Assembly: GCA_973895155.1 (NCBI GenBank) | Contig: OZ316892.1 | Location: 944,917-1,008,916 of the forward strand | Length of the DNA stretch: 64,000 bases | Direction of reading: 5' to 3' | Source: Marsupella aquatica | Lineage: Eukaryota; Plantae; Marchantiophyta | Shown: positions 13,505 to 26,861 of the stretch, one piece after another | Position numbering within the stretch: position 1 is the stretch's first letter | Layout: every line of letters begins with the position of its first letter | Made by a program: the position numbers and the translations under genes | Notes under the pieces: generated by a model | What the model saw: only the letters and a program-made list of their open reading frames with translations | The model's database searches: none | Told to the model about the DNA's origin: nothing

Positions 13505-16500
13505 ATGGAGTTCATCAGTCCAGAAGGATTGCGTCTCGATGGCCGGCGACCCTTGGAGGCAAAGTCATTTCCGTGCTGTTGTGATAAAATCTGTGATCTG
13601 TAATGAGTTATTAGATTTATGACAGGTGCGTTGAATTTGTGAGCATCCTTCACTAGCATCTGAGCTGGCAAAGGTGGATGGAATTGTGCAGTTGCGGCAG
13701 CTGAATGCGGAACTGGGAGTTGTGGACAAAGCAGACGGGTGTGTTTCTCTTACTTCTCGATGGTCGCCTCTTTTGTGGAAGGCTTTGCGTGAATGAAAGC
13801 TAGCTTGTAAATGGCACTCGAAGAGGTTGAACAGAGAAGTGAGGTGTAGTTTAGCTGGACACTGAGCCAACGTAGTAAGCCACAATTCCCACTGGTTGAA
13901 GGTGTGGAGACTAGAATAGTGGTTATTTCTGGAGTATAATACTGTACTAGATTTCTGGGTTTCAGCTGTTGGAGATTCATGATCGCTATTTCTCAGCTGG
14001 AAATTCTGCATTTCTGCATTATTGAGAAACAATATCATAGTGCAAACCTCTTACTTTCTGTCCCCTTTGTGCATGCAGTTCGGCAATGTTTGAGATGGGC
14101 AACACAAAAGCGATTGCTGTAGTGTATGGGCCACGAGAGGTAAATTTGATGGCTGCTAAGGTCCGCTTTGCGATATGCATAGTTCCGTCTCTGTGGGCTT
14201 CGTTCTGCAATAACCCTGTTATGCTTTGTGCTGATCAATTAATTCAGGTCAAAAACCGGAGCCAGCAACTACATGACCAGGCACTGGTACGTTTCCTTGA
14301 ATAATCTGAAAGAGTGTCGTTTGGCTCTGGGTTGGATTTTTCGTATTGGGATCTTGCAAACATAGTTTGCACAGCTTGGTGCAACAAACGCTCAAAGCCT
14401 GGACACCTTGTAATAGACCCACAGCATGACCTGCCCAAACATTCTGGCGTGTTTGTTGTGAGCAACTGGTCGTTTTTACAATGGCTTCGTGTGTCTGGGG
14501 CCAGTTTGTCGTGTTAAAGTCCACTTCTTTTGGCTATGTAATATGAAGCCATTCTCAACTTCCACAGGGTTGTCATTAAGAATCGTGCATCATGTATGCA
14601 GGTCAAGTGTGAGTATAGCATGGCTGCCTTCAGCACTGGTGAGCGGAAAAAGAGGTCAAAAGGTGATAGGTATGAAAGTGGAGGCGTGTCAATGTTGTGG
14701 TTTCTCTACTCTTGTATTCAACAGGGAATCTTAGCCAAAGATGTGTAATGATTTGCGCATGCACGTGGATTGTTCCTTGCACAAGAAGACTTCCGACTTG
14801 GTTTAATAAGTTGGCTAATTTTTTTCATTCTGGGTCGGTCTGTTGGTTTTTGATGTATAGACGAGCAACAGAGCTGTCCTTGGTGATTCGTCAAACTATG
14901 GAAGCAGCTATCTTGACTCATCTTATGCCCCGCTCTCAGGTGAGAAACTAGATACTGTATTGAGATTTGCTGTAATTAGTTTCGTATTTTTTACAATCTG
15001 ATGACTGCTAGTCAAAGACTGGAGCAGCTGTGAAACTCTCCCCCATTTCTGTTTGTTTTGGTAAATTTTCAACTTTTGGGATGGATTTGAACCTCGAGGT
15101 CCTCCTTGGTCTTGCAGATAGACATATTTGTGCACGTTCTTCAAGCAGACGGAGGTAAATTTGCAGTGTCTTAGATAGCTGAAAATAACATTTATTTCTT
15201 CCGTTCTTCCCTGCATTTATCTCAAAGTCCGGCAAGGGACCGATTGTGTACGACGAAGTGTGTTTGATGACTTCATAAAGGTTCTCCCTCTCTTTGGATC
15301 GTCAGGAACACGATCGTGTTGCATCAATGCTGCAACCATGGCGCTTGCAGATGCAGGGATTCCAATGCAAGATCTTGTTGCGTCTTGTGCAGCTGGGTAC
15401 CTCAATGTTACTCCTATATTAGGTGATTGTCTCCCAAAAGCTGTCAATGCCAGAGGTCTAACGGCAGTTCAAATTGACGCTCGGTTTCGAGCTCTATCTG
15501 TAGTCAATCCATGTAGGGTATGATAGTTGAATATCGAGGTGGCTGTGTCTGAGACATTGAATCATTCAGTGTTGGCGATATTTGTCGTATTTGTGACTGA
15601 TCCAGTTCTCCTTTTTGATCAAACCTGGAAGTTCCTGACGAAGACTAGTTGGAGTCATCGTAAAAGAATGCTATTTAGCGTGGAGTAAACATTATTGAAG
15701 TGGGAAAGTTCCACAGAAAATACAAAAATGTTGTTGAAGTGGTTCCTAGATTGAATATGTTTATCATTTCTTCCTATGAAGGAAGGTTTTACCAGATAAC
15801 GCACATTTTGGGATTCGATTTTCAGATCGTCGTTGTGGTATTTTTCCTCTCATTCGCTTGCTTTATATTGTAGACCTGAATTACATGGAGGACGGCGGAG
15901 GCGGTCCGGATCTCACGGTGGCACTGTTCCCAAAGCTGGACAAGATATCTCTACTGCAGGTAAAATCCTAGTGGTGCATTGTCCTTTAGGGGTATGTCAG
16001 GAAATACCGAGAAATGTTATCATGATCGACGTGTTATCTGAAAGTGTCAGCCAACTTTCTACAGTTTTTCTATGCGAATCAGATTCATACATAGAAATGC
16101 TGGATGACTGTACCAAGATAATGCTGGGTGGTATTTATGGTGGGTTGTGCCATGAACTTTCTGACAAGATCTCACTACCACAGATGGATTCTAAAATCCC
16201 CATGGATGTATTTGAGAGCGTCATGAATTTGGCATCAGAGGGGTCAAAAGCTATAGCGGACTTCATTCGTGAGGTGATATGTTTACCATCCGGTCCTCTG
16301 TTGTTGTAGGCAGGATGTAAAGATTCTGGCGTTTTAGTCCAATACAGATGCAATGTCTTCAGACTTGAAGTTACTTTTTTCAAGGACGGAATCTCACGCT
16401 ATTATCTGCCACTTCTCTTTCGTATAATTGGATCAACCGGCATGTGTCATCTAACGATTTCAGTCTTTTCATTGTTGTATGCCTAACTTGAAGCGGTTCT

Positions 16501-16593
16501 GACCGGTATATATGTCCGTGAAATTTCTGTGCACAGAAGTTGATGGATAATACCAAACAACTGGTATATGCTAGAGGACCGCTCAAACTATAG
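13505..16593 (+). CDS. RRP41: Exosome complex component RRP41 (RNase PH-like)
   Basis: 11 exons: 13505-13558, 13692-13738, 14079-14139, 14248-14286, 14602-14669, 14861-14939, 15118-15154, 15306-15422, 15874-15959, 16184-16273, 16537-16593. Translation: [54 protein letters not shown]...[34 protein letters not shown]...DLNYMED. Confidence 0.95.
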
Positions 16594-18362
16594 TCAATTT
16601 TCTTTGCCACGGCTTGAAAGATACTCGAGATTCTATATTTGCCTTCAATTTTGACAAATAGACGTCACCCGTCGTGGATCCAAATGGGAGATGCACCAAG
16701 TGGCCATGGTTATGATGGTGGAGATCACAGTGCGCTTTTAAATGTAAAGGGGTAAGGCTATTATTTCGATCGAACATTGAGCACTGAACGCTTTTACCAC
16801 GGCCGCTGCCAATGTGGGGAGCTGGAAACCCCATTGCACTGAAGATTTACGTGACATGAGCTCTAGGGCAGCTTCTTCACGGGCAATGTTGTTGGTTCAG
16901 GTAATGAGTAGAACCCTGACGATTTTTGTAGAACATATGGCGGGATAGATTTTAGGGTTGATGACACTGAGATACCTAGGCTGAAGCTCACTACGTGTAG
17001 CAGACGGGATTACAGAGCTAAATTATTTGAAGTAAAATCTTGACTCCACCATTGGCCTAATACAAGATGCACACATTGTTCGTTTGGGAAGACTCATTGC
17101 AGTGTCACTGAAGCCTCTTTTCGATTTGTGACAGCACTGAATGGTCATTGAGCACTCACTGAAGTCTCTTTTAGTTTTCTCCGGGATCTGAAGCCCGCAT
17201 GGTGGAGTTATTGGAAGTAACGCTTCTCTTAAAGATCAACGCAAGTCCAAATTGGAGTAGTCGACTGCGATTCGAGTTTCCTAATTGAAACATGACAATA
17301 CATCTGATATACGCCGTACAGTAAGAGAACCTAACTAAACAGCGGCTGGCATGAGCTTCTAAATTCCAAGTCAGAAAGAGTTGACGATCAGAATCAGCAA
17401 AGAGACTACTGGACCATGCCTTCAGGCAATGAGTTCCCACTTCATATACTTTGTTCCTGGTCCCGGGCAGAATGTGGGCGTCCACCTGAAGAAGGAAGCT
17501 TTATTAGAGTACCGGGTCCACGGGAAAGCCTTGGTTAAAACAATGATCAGAAAGTTGTACGTTGATCAAGCTCTCTCTAATAACTGAAAAGAACAAGATT
17601 ACTTCACATAATCTCAAAGTGGTCTTTCGAAACGTGAAAAACCTCCTCTATCCCTGGTCCGCCTCTATGGCCTCGGCCCATCCCATGCTCAAGACCAGCT
17701 CATCACCTCCCACCGCAGACGAAACGTTTTTGAGAAGAAAATTTAGAGTTGAACGTAGAGCTAGCCGTCACGTCGTCTCTATGATACTGACTGCTATGAT
17801 TCAGGAAACCTTCTGGCTAGGAACTAATCTTATCAGACATCGATAGCTGAAATGCAACTCCTAACTATCGTTGTAGCTTGGTTATATTGCTAATCAATTG
17901 TCCAGAGGAACGTTGAAATGTAAGATCAGTAGTTGATTTCTACTAATCCACGGTAGCGGAGCAAACGCACCTCTCTGTGAACAAGTGCGTTCCTAGATCT
18001 TCATTTTCGCTTTCTACTGTTTTAGTGACCCAACAACTGTGTCTTCATGTTATCAATCGTTCTGCTGTTGCTGCCATTTTGTAGGTTCCCTATAGCTTAG
18101 GATAAATTCAGGCATTATTAAAATGGAAAAGTGAACCCGTTTGATAAGACTGGAGTTTGAAGCATTGTCCCAATAAAAGCCATTCACAACCAGGTATTGT
18201 TACAAGGACGGCCTTGGAAAATGGAACCCTTCAATAAAAAATTGAGTTCGAAAAATAGTAACAATGAACGCCCGCCACAGCGAACGTACGCAGTGTACAC
18301 TCCCTTGTGATTAAAGGTAATACACGTAAAGCTGGTGACTACTGCAATAATTCTCCTAATTC

Positions 18363-21300
18363 CTACTTTTCCTTGTCAGAGTCACCCATCTCTTCGTGTT
18401 CAAATTCCACTCCAGCATCGGCCTCATCGTCTGAATCACTCAACTCTTCTTTCTCCATGACGATATGCTGCTCCACTAGTGGGTCTTGACTTCGGTCCTC
18501 TGGAAAAGGATCGTGACGCTTACAATCTTTCTTGTCGCGATTTCTTCCAGTATTTCTACTTCTAGATTTAATCATTTTTGTACATGGGTCAGAAGTGCTT
18601 CCGACCGCAAAAAATGTCCTAATCTGCTGAGGAACAGGTTGCTGGGGCTGTACTTGAGACTGAGGAAGTACTTGAACATGAGGGGGCATAATCACAAAAG
18701 AAAGATGAGGAGCTAGCTTAACAGCTTGTGTCCTGTCGTTGCAAATGCTCTTTACTGCTTGGGGATCCAGCCATGGAAGAGAACCTTTTGAATGATTATC
18801 TGCTCGAGCTTTTGGTTTCTTCTTCTTTGAGAGGAGCCTTCTCTGTTTCTCAGCGCTTGCAGTTGTTGCACCAGAAGCAACGACATGGGTGCTTCCGGGA
18901 TCCCAATCCTGTACATTCCCAGCTTTTTGTGCTGCGATCTTCTGACGCCGACTGGCTTCATACAGTCTACGTCTCTCCTTCGACGACTCACTCGTTTTAT
19001 AGGACTTCTGAGTCCCTACTGCGATCCTCCACTGTCGCTGCAACGTCTCAGGATTTCTGTGAGGCACGCAGCGAGCCCAAACCTGGTTCCAGTCCTGCTT
19101 ATAATAATTAAGGCCCTGCGACGACCAAGGATACTTGTGACTATGGTTACTTTCCCTACTAGATTGCCATCTGAAAAACGAAGACTTACATTGCGAATGA
19201 CAGGAGAGAAGCAGGAAGGAGCTCCACACAAAGGGCGCAAGGCAGGATCCTACCTCTTGAATGGCCTTCTTTTCCCAATCGGTCAATGGAGATGTCTTCA
19301 TCATGTGAACTGCCTGCACGTTATAAATCGGAAGAAGATTTTAGAAATAACACGTAGATAGTCCAAGATCAAATTGGAGGACAAAACATACCATGAAAAG
19401 ACAAGGAAGCAATATATAGAACCAAAGGCTACCTTGATGGAATTCGGGAGTGCTTTCGACGCACTTCGATTCTTAGCCCTAATTTTGATCTGCACTCAAG
19501 ATTCCATATTTTGGGATGCATCAACATGAAAGGTTCCAACACTCCCGTAATGTGAATGCAGTGCGAATCCAGAAAAAAACTACACCTGATAGTTCTACGA
19601 TCAAAAATGAAAACCAGATGCTGCACGTTAATGCTTTTAAGTAGCCTCGTACCTGATGATCTTCCTTCGAAGGAAGATACTCTTCCCGGATGGCACTCCA
19701 ATTATGGTTGTGTTTCATGACACCCATTGCCAGCAGCCTATAAAGCGCAAGCATTGGTAGATTAGGCTTCTGAACTAGCTGGTAAAAATACTATCCAGGA
19801 TGATGTATTGATAAATATACTCATCGTCCGAATCAGTAAAGAGTGCTGGACTTCATAACCAAAGTGCTCACATCAAGGGTTGATGTATGGATAAAAATAC
19901 TCACTCATCTTCCGAATCAGTAAAAAGTAATCGACTTGATGACGAAAGTGGTGGAGCTTTGTGAGGATACAACGCTTTATTAAAATAGGGCAAAAATCGC
20001 CTCACAGCGAGTGCGACTTCTTTCGGAACAGGGGCTAGGCCTAGCTTCTCAGTGCTCTCCACCAATGCAGCGGCCATTGTCTGCTTGATCTGAGGAGTCG
20101 GCAGATAAGCTGGAAGCAAATCTACATTCCCTGATAACAGTGATCTTGTCCCCTCCAAAGTGTTTCTCCCAAGGCTTTGATCTGTTTGTTCATCCAAGCC
20201 TGTCTCAAAAAACGGCACACGCTTGAACTTGCTTGCTCCAGCCTCCACATGTAGATGTCTGAATTCTTCGAACCTTGCTTGCATGATTTGAGAAACGTCC
20301 GTTAAAAATTCTGGAACCAGTTTAAGTGGTGCCACATCCAGAAGTGACCGAACTGGTAATGATATAACTGGCTCCCATATCATTAATACGCTCCCTTGGA
20401 TCGCTGGACTGGCAGTGGGAAAGCCAGGGGGCCAGCAAAACAAAGGCTTCCGCTTAACTCCGTCGATGGCTGACGGATTAGTGTATGGGGGACGAAAGCA
20501 AAAATCTGGAAAGGCAGTTTTCTTCCCAGCGAGAACCGTCTCACGTGCCTCTGCCAGTTCCAAGAGCAGCTTCTGTGCATCCAAGGATTCTTGCTGGCGT
20601 GCAGGGTCCCAGACGCAGAGAGAGTAAGTCTGAACTAGAAGCTGCACGTGCTCATGTATTAAGCTGTGCAGCTGACCAATTTGATGAGCTGTGAACCCAC
20701 TCACTGCAGGTCCTCTTTTCACGTTGGATGGCCAACCTGTGTTTACTGCCTTAGAAACGTTATCTGTCACACCGCCCACATGAGGAAGCAAATGACGGAG
20801 AGGCCCTCTAGATTGAAATCGGGCCCTCTGTCGCCTCTTCTCTCTCGTTTCCGGCCGTTTTCTCTTTCTCCTTTGAACGCTTTCAGAAGCATCGTCACTT
20901 TCCAGTAACTCCTCAATTTCAATCTCAAAATCCACATCCTCCTCCTCTTCTTCCTCCTCTTCCTTCCTACCGCTCTGTTCCGGTTTCTCACTCTCTGGAA
21001 GATCTTCCAGAACAGCTCTCAAAAATTTGTCATACTCCTCCCTGTCATCCACAGCTTCGAAATCCCTCTCCTCGTCTGACCCCTGCAAGAACGTCTCTAG
21101 CTGATCAAGGGACATATCAGCCAAGGACTGTCGAGCCCTGGTCCGGCTGCCAATTGGTTCCAAATTGTCCGCATCTCTGTCGTCTTGTCTTCCTCCTTCT
21201 CTTTCTCCTTCGCTCTCATCACTTCTCAAAACCTCTTCCACATGCTCTCCAGGCTGCTGCAAAATATAAGGAGCAATATAATCCTCGTTTACTTTGCAAT

Positions 21301-21754
21301 CCTCATCTTCCTCATAATCAGTGGCAAGCTCGAGAAACTTGTCATCGCCATCCAATTCGCCAATAAACTCCTCCGCTGATCCGCTGAACATGTGCTGTAC
21401 ATCTTCTGCTGTATCAAAATACCCGTCCTCATCATCATCCTCGTCCTCCTCCTCGTCGACCAACCCCTTCTCCTCCTCCGCCTCCTCCTCTGTTTTTCGC
21501 ATTTGCGTCGAACTTTCACCGGATTCCGCCGAAACAGCACGATGCTGTACCATCAACAGAGCGTCGCAATCGGCATTGTCATCCTCTTCCTCCTCCTCCA
21601 CTTCTCCATCCATTTCTCCCTCCATTTCTCCCTCCCCAGTCTCGTCATCCTCCTCCTCCTCCTCCTCCTCCTCCTCGTCGTCGTCGTCGTCCCCCTCCAT
21701 TTCTGCTTCTCCAGCGTCAGCGTCAGCGTCCTCCTTTTCTCCTGCTCCAGACAT
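18363..21754 (-). CDS. DUO3: DUO POLLEN 3 / GON4L-like homeodomain-like (SANT) protein
   Basis: Exons 21754-19905, 19737-19653, 19489-19433, 19313-19254, 19115-18363. Acidic N-terminus plus the conserved blocks RTRARQSLADMSLDQLETFLQ, GFTAHQIGQLHSLIHEHVQLLVQ, LYPHKAPP..RLLFTDSEDELLAMG, KNRSASKALPNSIKAV, DWNQVWARCVPHRNPETLQRQWRIAVGTQKSYK and VEFEHEEMGDSD. Confidence 0.88.
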
Positions 21755-21831
21755 CAACTACACAAATCCTCGCAAACAACAATGGAATGCGCCGTGACCT
21801 TCTTCAAACCTATGCGTCGACTCGAGCGCTC

Positions 21832-21866
21832 TTTCCTTTCCTTTCCTTTCCTTTCCTTTCCTTTCC
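21832..21866. repeat. (TTTCC)n microsatellite in the DUO3 5' region
   Basis: About 7 copies of tttcc, read directly. Confidence 0.9.
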
Positions 21867-23341
21867 CTTCTGAGGAGTGCACACAGATGAACGAGGACGA
21901 GAAGAACCCGAACCACAACGGGTTGTAGCGTTCACACGAGGAGGCGTTTGGTCGACACCAAAGTTGTCGGGGCTTTTTGTTGATTGTGTTCCCTTGATTG
22001 GGTTTTTGGCTTGTGGGATCCTGTCTTCCCGGTTCCAGCGCCCCCTGCCTTTTTGCAGTTTGATATATGTATTTGTTGCCCGCAAAGAGTTCGAAGAGTT
22101 CCAAACGTTCGGTTTCTTTGGCTTGAGCAGGAAAACTTCTCTGGCCAATTAATTAAACAATGACCTTTGGGCGCCAGCAAGGGGACGCCAGGGCGGGGGG
22201 CGAGTAATGCAATTCTGAAGAGATTTTGTACAGTGTGTCACTCCAGTTTTGTTTTGCCGCCCTTTTCTCACTAGTGGTTGCACAAAGTAACTCTGGTTAG
22301 TTTGGACAAATCCAACTGTTGACTTAATGAGAATTTTTTATCATTGGGATCGTCGGCACCATGAAAGGCAGAGTACATTTGTCACATTTTTCAAGTTCAC
22401 CTCAACAACCTAGTTCATTATCAACGAGCCCTATGCACATGCGTTGCACGACACAAGGAGGGCCGGCCCTTAGGGAGTCAGGCCGAGGCATTTATGGGGC
22501 AGCAAGAAGCACAGGGGTGCACATTTCCTCCATCAACGGTTAGGGAAAATAGCCAATCAAATCCAATGAGTGTGAATCTTTCCCGCCCAGGAGCTATTTT
22601 TTATGGGAACGAAGGACAAAAAAAATGGGATCCCTTATTATAGTTGTAGATGAGGGAGGGCATGGGTGGCGGCCAGCCAATCAGGAGGGGCAGAGCCGGA
22701 GCAGAGTAAGAGACCCAAGCCAATGTTGAGAGTTGGAGAGGGCATTGCGGTTAGGGTAGACATGGATGACCTTCTGACAGTGAGACCTGGCCTAATGTTC
22801 ACTGTCAGATTATTTCAACTTAACTATTGTTATTTTCCTTAACCAGCAGTAGAAAAAATGACAAAGTATGTATTTTGACTGAGACAAACTGCAATGTTCT
22901 AAATCTCAGATTCACTAATATTTACCATAATCAAATTATTCCTGACCCTAACCTCAGATAGTTCATGGACCCCTCCTTTAATGCTTTTCAGACAACTACT
23001 AAATGTTCTCCCACAAAGGTTGTTTGAAATCATTTTCCACATCTACCTCAAGCACTACCCTTGTCTCACTATGGATGTAAATAGAGCACACCTCCTTTAT
23101 ACTTGATTACGCAAGCCTCTATGTCATGTCAAGCCAAATATTTCCAACAACTAGCAAAATGAGCTCACAATCACGCTCGTGAATTGGCTCGAGAGGAAAG
23201 AGGCTTGGTCCAAAAATAACATATTTGATCACTTTTTGAGTTGAGCCATTGTTAGGGGTTGAATGAGACAATTATATATAGAATGGTTTTTAAGCATAAA
23301 TTTGCAACCCCACATTTATTAACCCTAACCATCCACCCATC

Positions 23342-23619
23342 CAGTGTTTTTTTTTAAGGATTTCACTTTTTCGCCAAGGTGGCCAATGTAAAGTGTGTCA
23401 AGGAGAAGATGCTCAAAAAATTCTGTATTCAATTATGTTCTTGACCGTCAGATCTCCCTAGATTTAAGACGGACCGTTAGATTCTGGCTAAAGGGGCCTG
23501 GGATTAGGTGGAACACTGGCTAATGAGACAGCAAAAAAGTAGCAAATTTTAGCCAAAAGTGGCGAAGGATTTTTGGGGAGGTGGAATCTAGCGAATTTTC
23601 GCCACTAAAAAAAACACTG
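23342..23619. mobile_element. Non-autonomous hAT-type MITE, 278 bp
   Basis: Terminal inverted repeats cagtgtttttttt / aaaaaaaacactg, flanked by a perfect 8-bp target-site duplication cacccatc (23334-23341 and 23620-23627). Confidence 0.9.
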
Positions 23620-24687
23620 CACCCATCCCCCCCCCCCCCCCCCAATCTTCTCACTTTTTTCTTCTTTTTGTTAAATTCCCTTCAATCTCTTTCATCTGAT
23701 TGGTTTAATGAGGGTCATTGGAAAGTTTGGGGAGATCCATTTTTCTCAAATGTATGTAAGCAGGTCCTAGAGCTAAGTAGCATAAAGCATCTCAGCCCAA
23801 ACAGGCTTCAGACAACAGAATTATGGCTACAAATCGTTTATACAACTTTGGATGATGATTAAGTACCCTGGTAGCACAAAAGCAAGATCATAAAAATTCC
23901 AGAAGGACAACTGTCTAATTTAAAGTACCATTGGTATAAAGTGCACACTTAATTATCAACTGATCTTATTCATCAATGTAAGAAATCCAACCACATGCAT
24001 CTTTTCTTGTGACCTTTGTTCATTGCTGTCTATCATTGCCTTTGTTAGCAAATGATTGATAGAATCAGATCAAACAGCCAGACTTACTCATCGATGTTAG
24101 TTAAGCTAATGAATTAAATATAAATAAATTATTTATGATAATTCAAAAAGAAAATAAAACATTCAATGATTTTCAGAAAAAAACATAGGAATCACTGGAA
24201 ATTATGTGAATATCAATTACATTCTATGTAAAAAAATTGAGTCGTGAACCATGTGCCAGGAATTTTGCAAGAGACTCCTCATGGGTTTGAGTTTTCCAGG
24301 TCAAAAGGTCAAAGTCTGCCGTTTACATGGATTTACAAATGAAGCTAATTAAGTGCCTAAAATTTGTTCTGTCAAACCAGGGGGGTAAGTTTGAACCATA
24401 ATTGAAACCTGACCAAACTCCAAGACTTTGCTCTATCTGGCACCTGGTGGTGTTCAAATGTAAACATTCCCCACTTTCAGAACATGATTAATCTGGCTTT
24501 GATCTATCACTTGGCATGGTATTCTTTCTCTACAAAATCTTGTTCTAGTTTTTTCAAGTGCTGTACTATGATAGAGTTCATTCACACAGGTAAAGGCTGG
24601 GGGAGGACAAACCTACATTAGCCTCTACAATGGCTTGATGAGGAAATGATGCCAAATTGAATGGGAATCTAGAATATGATTGATATA

Positions 24688-25103
24688 CTAGCCCAATGCC
24701 CGTGCGTTGCGAAAGATGTCAAGGTGATAAAAAGATGTCGAGGTGATAAAAGATGTTGAGGAGAGGAGAAAAGATATTGAGGAGGAAAAAATGTTAAGGA
24801 GAGATAAAGATGTTGAGATGAAAAAGTGTTGAGATGATAAAAGATATCCAGATGAGAAAAGATGTTGAGGTGAGAAAGGATATCGAGATGAGAAAAATAT
24901 ATCAAAGTGATCAAAAGATGTAGAGGTGATAAAAGATGTCGAGGTGAGAAAAAGATGTCGAGGGTGAGAAAAAGATGTCAAAGTGATAAAAAAATGTCAA
25001 GATGATAAAAAATGTTGTGGTGATAAAAGATGTGGAGGTGATTAAAAGATACTGGGGTGATAAAAGATGTCGAGTTGATAAACCCATTGCCCATGCATTG
25101 CAC
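24688..25103 (-). mobile_element. Helitron-like 3' terminus with an internal ~19-bp minisatellite and a second decayed terminus
   Basis: The minus strand reads gcaacgcacgggcattgggCTAG|T (CTAG at 24691-24688), matching the typical plant Helitron 3' end; only half of the hairpin is retained. About 19-20 degenerate copies of aaagatgtcgaggtgataa (24711-25082) follow, then a CpG-decayed copy gcaatgcatgggcaatggg at 25083-25101. Confidence 0.6.
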
Positions 25104-26398
25104 AATTGTCATTCCAGTCATTTTATTATTGTGACTATTTCATTGTTGCAACCAATTGTCATTGTGACCATTTCATAGTTGTGGCCATTTTTATGTGTGG
25201 GGCCATTCATTTGTGTCCTTGGTCAATATAATTATTGCAAAAAAGAATTAGGATTTACTGTTAAATAATGTAAGTTAGAAGAATTTCGTCATAGAAAGAA
25301 TTAAAAAAAATAAGAAATTAATTTGGTTCTCCCCTCAATAGCCTTTTTTCTCACTTCCTACGAATGATGTCTTTTAAACTGAAAACTCTAATTTGTATTG
25401 TTCTTTTTTTATATGTTTACATTAATTGAATGTGACAAACCTGTGTCCAAAAGTGATGTGAGTCTACTTAGATTTTCTTGTTAGACCCACCTCCTCATTA
25501 TCGCCATATGTCAACTCACATTCAATTTCCAGTCACCTTGATATTAGAATTCTTCTATGGATGTTAGTGCCATAGTCTAGGTGTGGGTGGAAGCGCATTT
25601 TTTTCCTAATAGGAGAGAGTCTTTATTCTTCCTTTTCACCCAATCTCATAGACTGGGATATTTAGACCTTAAATTCAAGGGTCATAATGAGTTCCCTCCA
25701 AAACTGCATTTTGTAAGCAGACTATAAATAAAAAAGGCTAGGATTGTATATTATAGTGAGTAGATTGACTCTAACAGTGTTATATACTGTAGATAGAAGC
25801 ACGGCCAGTAAAGCATTCGTCAAACTCAGGTGGCACTTTGCCTTTGTGGAAAGACTCCATATTTTTTGTTCAAGAGTGATCTGGTCCCCACGGGTTAGGA
25901 GGTTCATGGGAGTGGTCCATCCTAGCATTAAATTCCAGCTTTGTAGCTTGAGTTTCGAGGCTTGGGAAAAATAATATTAAGCGCTTCTTTAATCCTACGG
26001 TAGCTAGAGAACAGAGGAAACGGAGAGGTGCTGTTTTGGCCCTCGTCTCGTCCCACAGCGCGTCGTCACGTCGAGGACCTACTGTAGTAGTAGGACCGCG
26101 GTTTTGGGTGAGGGGCTGTTTTGGCCCTCTTGTCGTCCCACAGGGCGTCCTCGCGTCAAGGACGGCGACCCTCCAATGCACAGGAGAGAGGAGGAGGATC
26201 TCAACAGGTCGTCCTCCAGTCAGGCATGGTAATCCTAAGGGTAGGACCACTCATTTTAGGGCGAGCCTTTCTTTCTGCCCTTCGCGGTCCGTCCGGTCCT
26301 TCGTCCCCAAGAAAAGTCCCCCTCTCGCCCCCCTCTGAAGGAGCGCTCGCTTCCTCTCTCTCGAGCTCGAGCTCGAGCTCTTTCGAGAGCTCGCAGGG

Positions 26399-26861
26399 CA
26401 GCGATTCGAAGTCGAGGAGCTCCCGGAGTGGGGGGCACCATGCGGGGGACGACGATGGAGCTGGTCTCGCTGGTGGAGAACTGAATGTCTCTTCTCCAAA
26501 GTGAGTTTCCTGGTCTGCCAAACAATTTCCACATGATTGGATTGTGGTTGAATCAATTGTCCAGCAATTCGAAGACGTAGAGCCTCCGGATTAGGAGTGA
26601 CGGGACGATCCAGGGGACGACGATCGGGCGACCTTCCCTGATGGAGGGCACGAATGTTTTCTTTTTTGGAAAGTGCGCTTTTCGGTCTTCAGAACACTCT
26701 CGAAAGTAATTCGTCGTCAGCTTAATTGGCCACGAATTCGAGGACGAGGAGAGGAGCTTCCCGATTACGAGTGACGATCTAGGGGAACGATCGAGAGACC
26801 TGGTGGAGGGCATGAATGTGTATTTTTCAAAGTGAGCTTTTGGGTCTGCCAAACACTTTCC
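26399..26861 (+). repeat. Three diverged ~130-170-bp tandem units, each with a 5' splice-donor-like motif, in the leader of the trihelix gene
   Basis: Units at about 26399-26531, 26563-26701 and 26733-26861 share attcga.gacg...acgat...tggag...gaatgt...aaa|GTG.G.ttt..ggtct.c..aaca. Donor-like sites lie at 26501, 26673 and 26832. Confidence 0.75.

Noticed and set aside
21154-21928. Plus-strand poly-Ser and poly-Leu ORFs
   Set aside because: They are antisense shadows of the acidic GAG/GAC repeats in DUO3 exon 1.
22773-22809. 11-bp hairpin tctgacagtga/tcactgtcaga as a miRNA precursor
   Set aside because: The stem is too short and does not match any conserved miRNA I recognise.
24669-25105. His/Leu/Phe-rich ORFs
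   Set aside because: They are translations of the 19-bp minisatellite.
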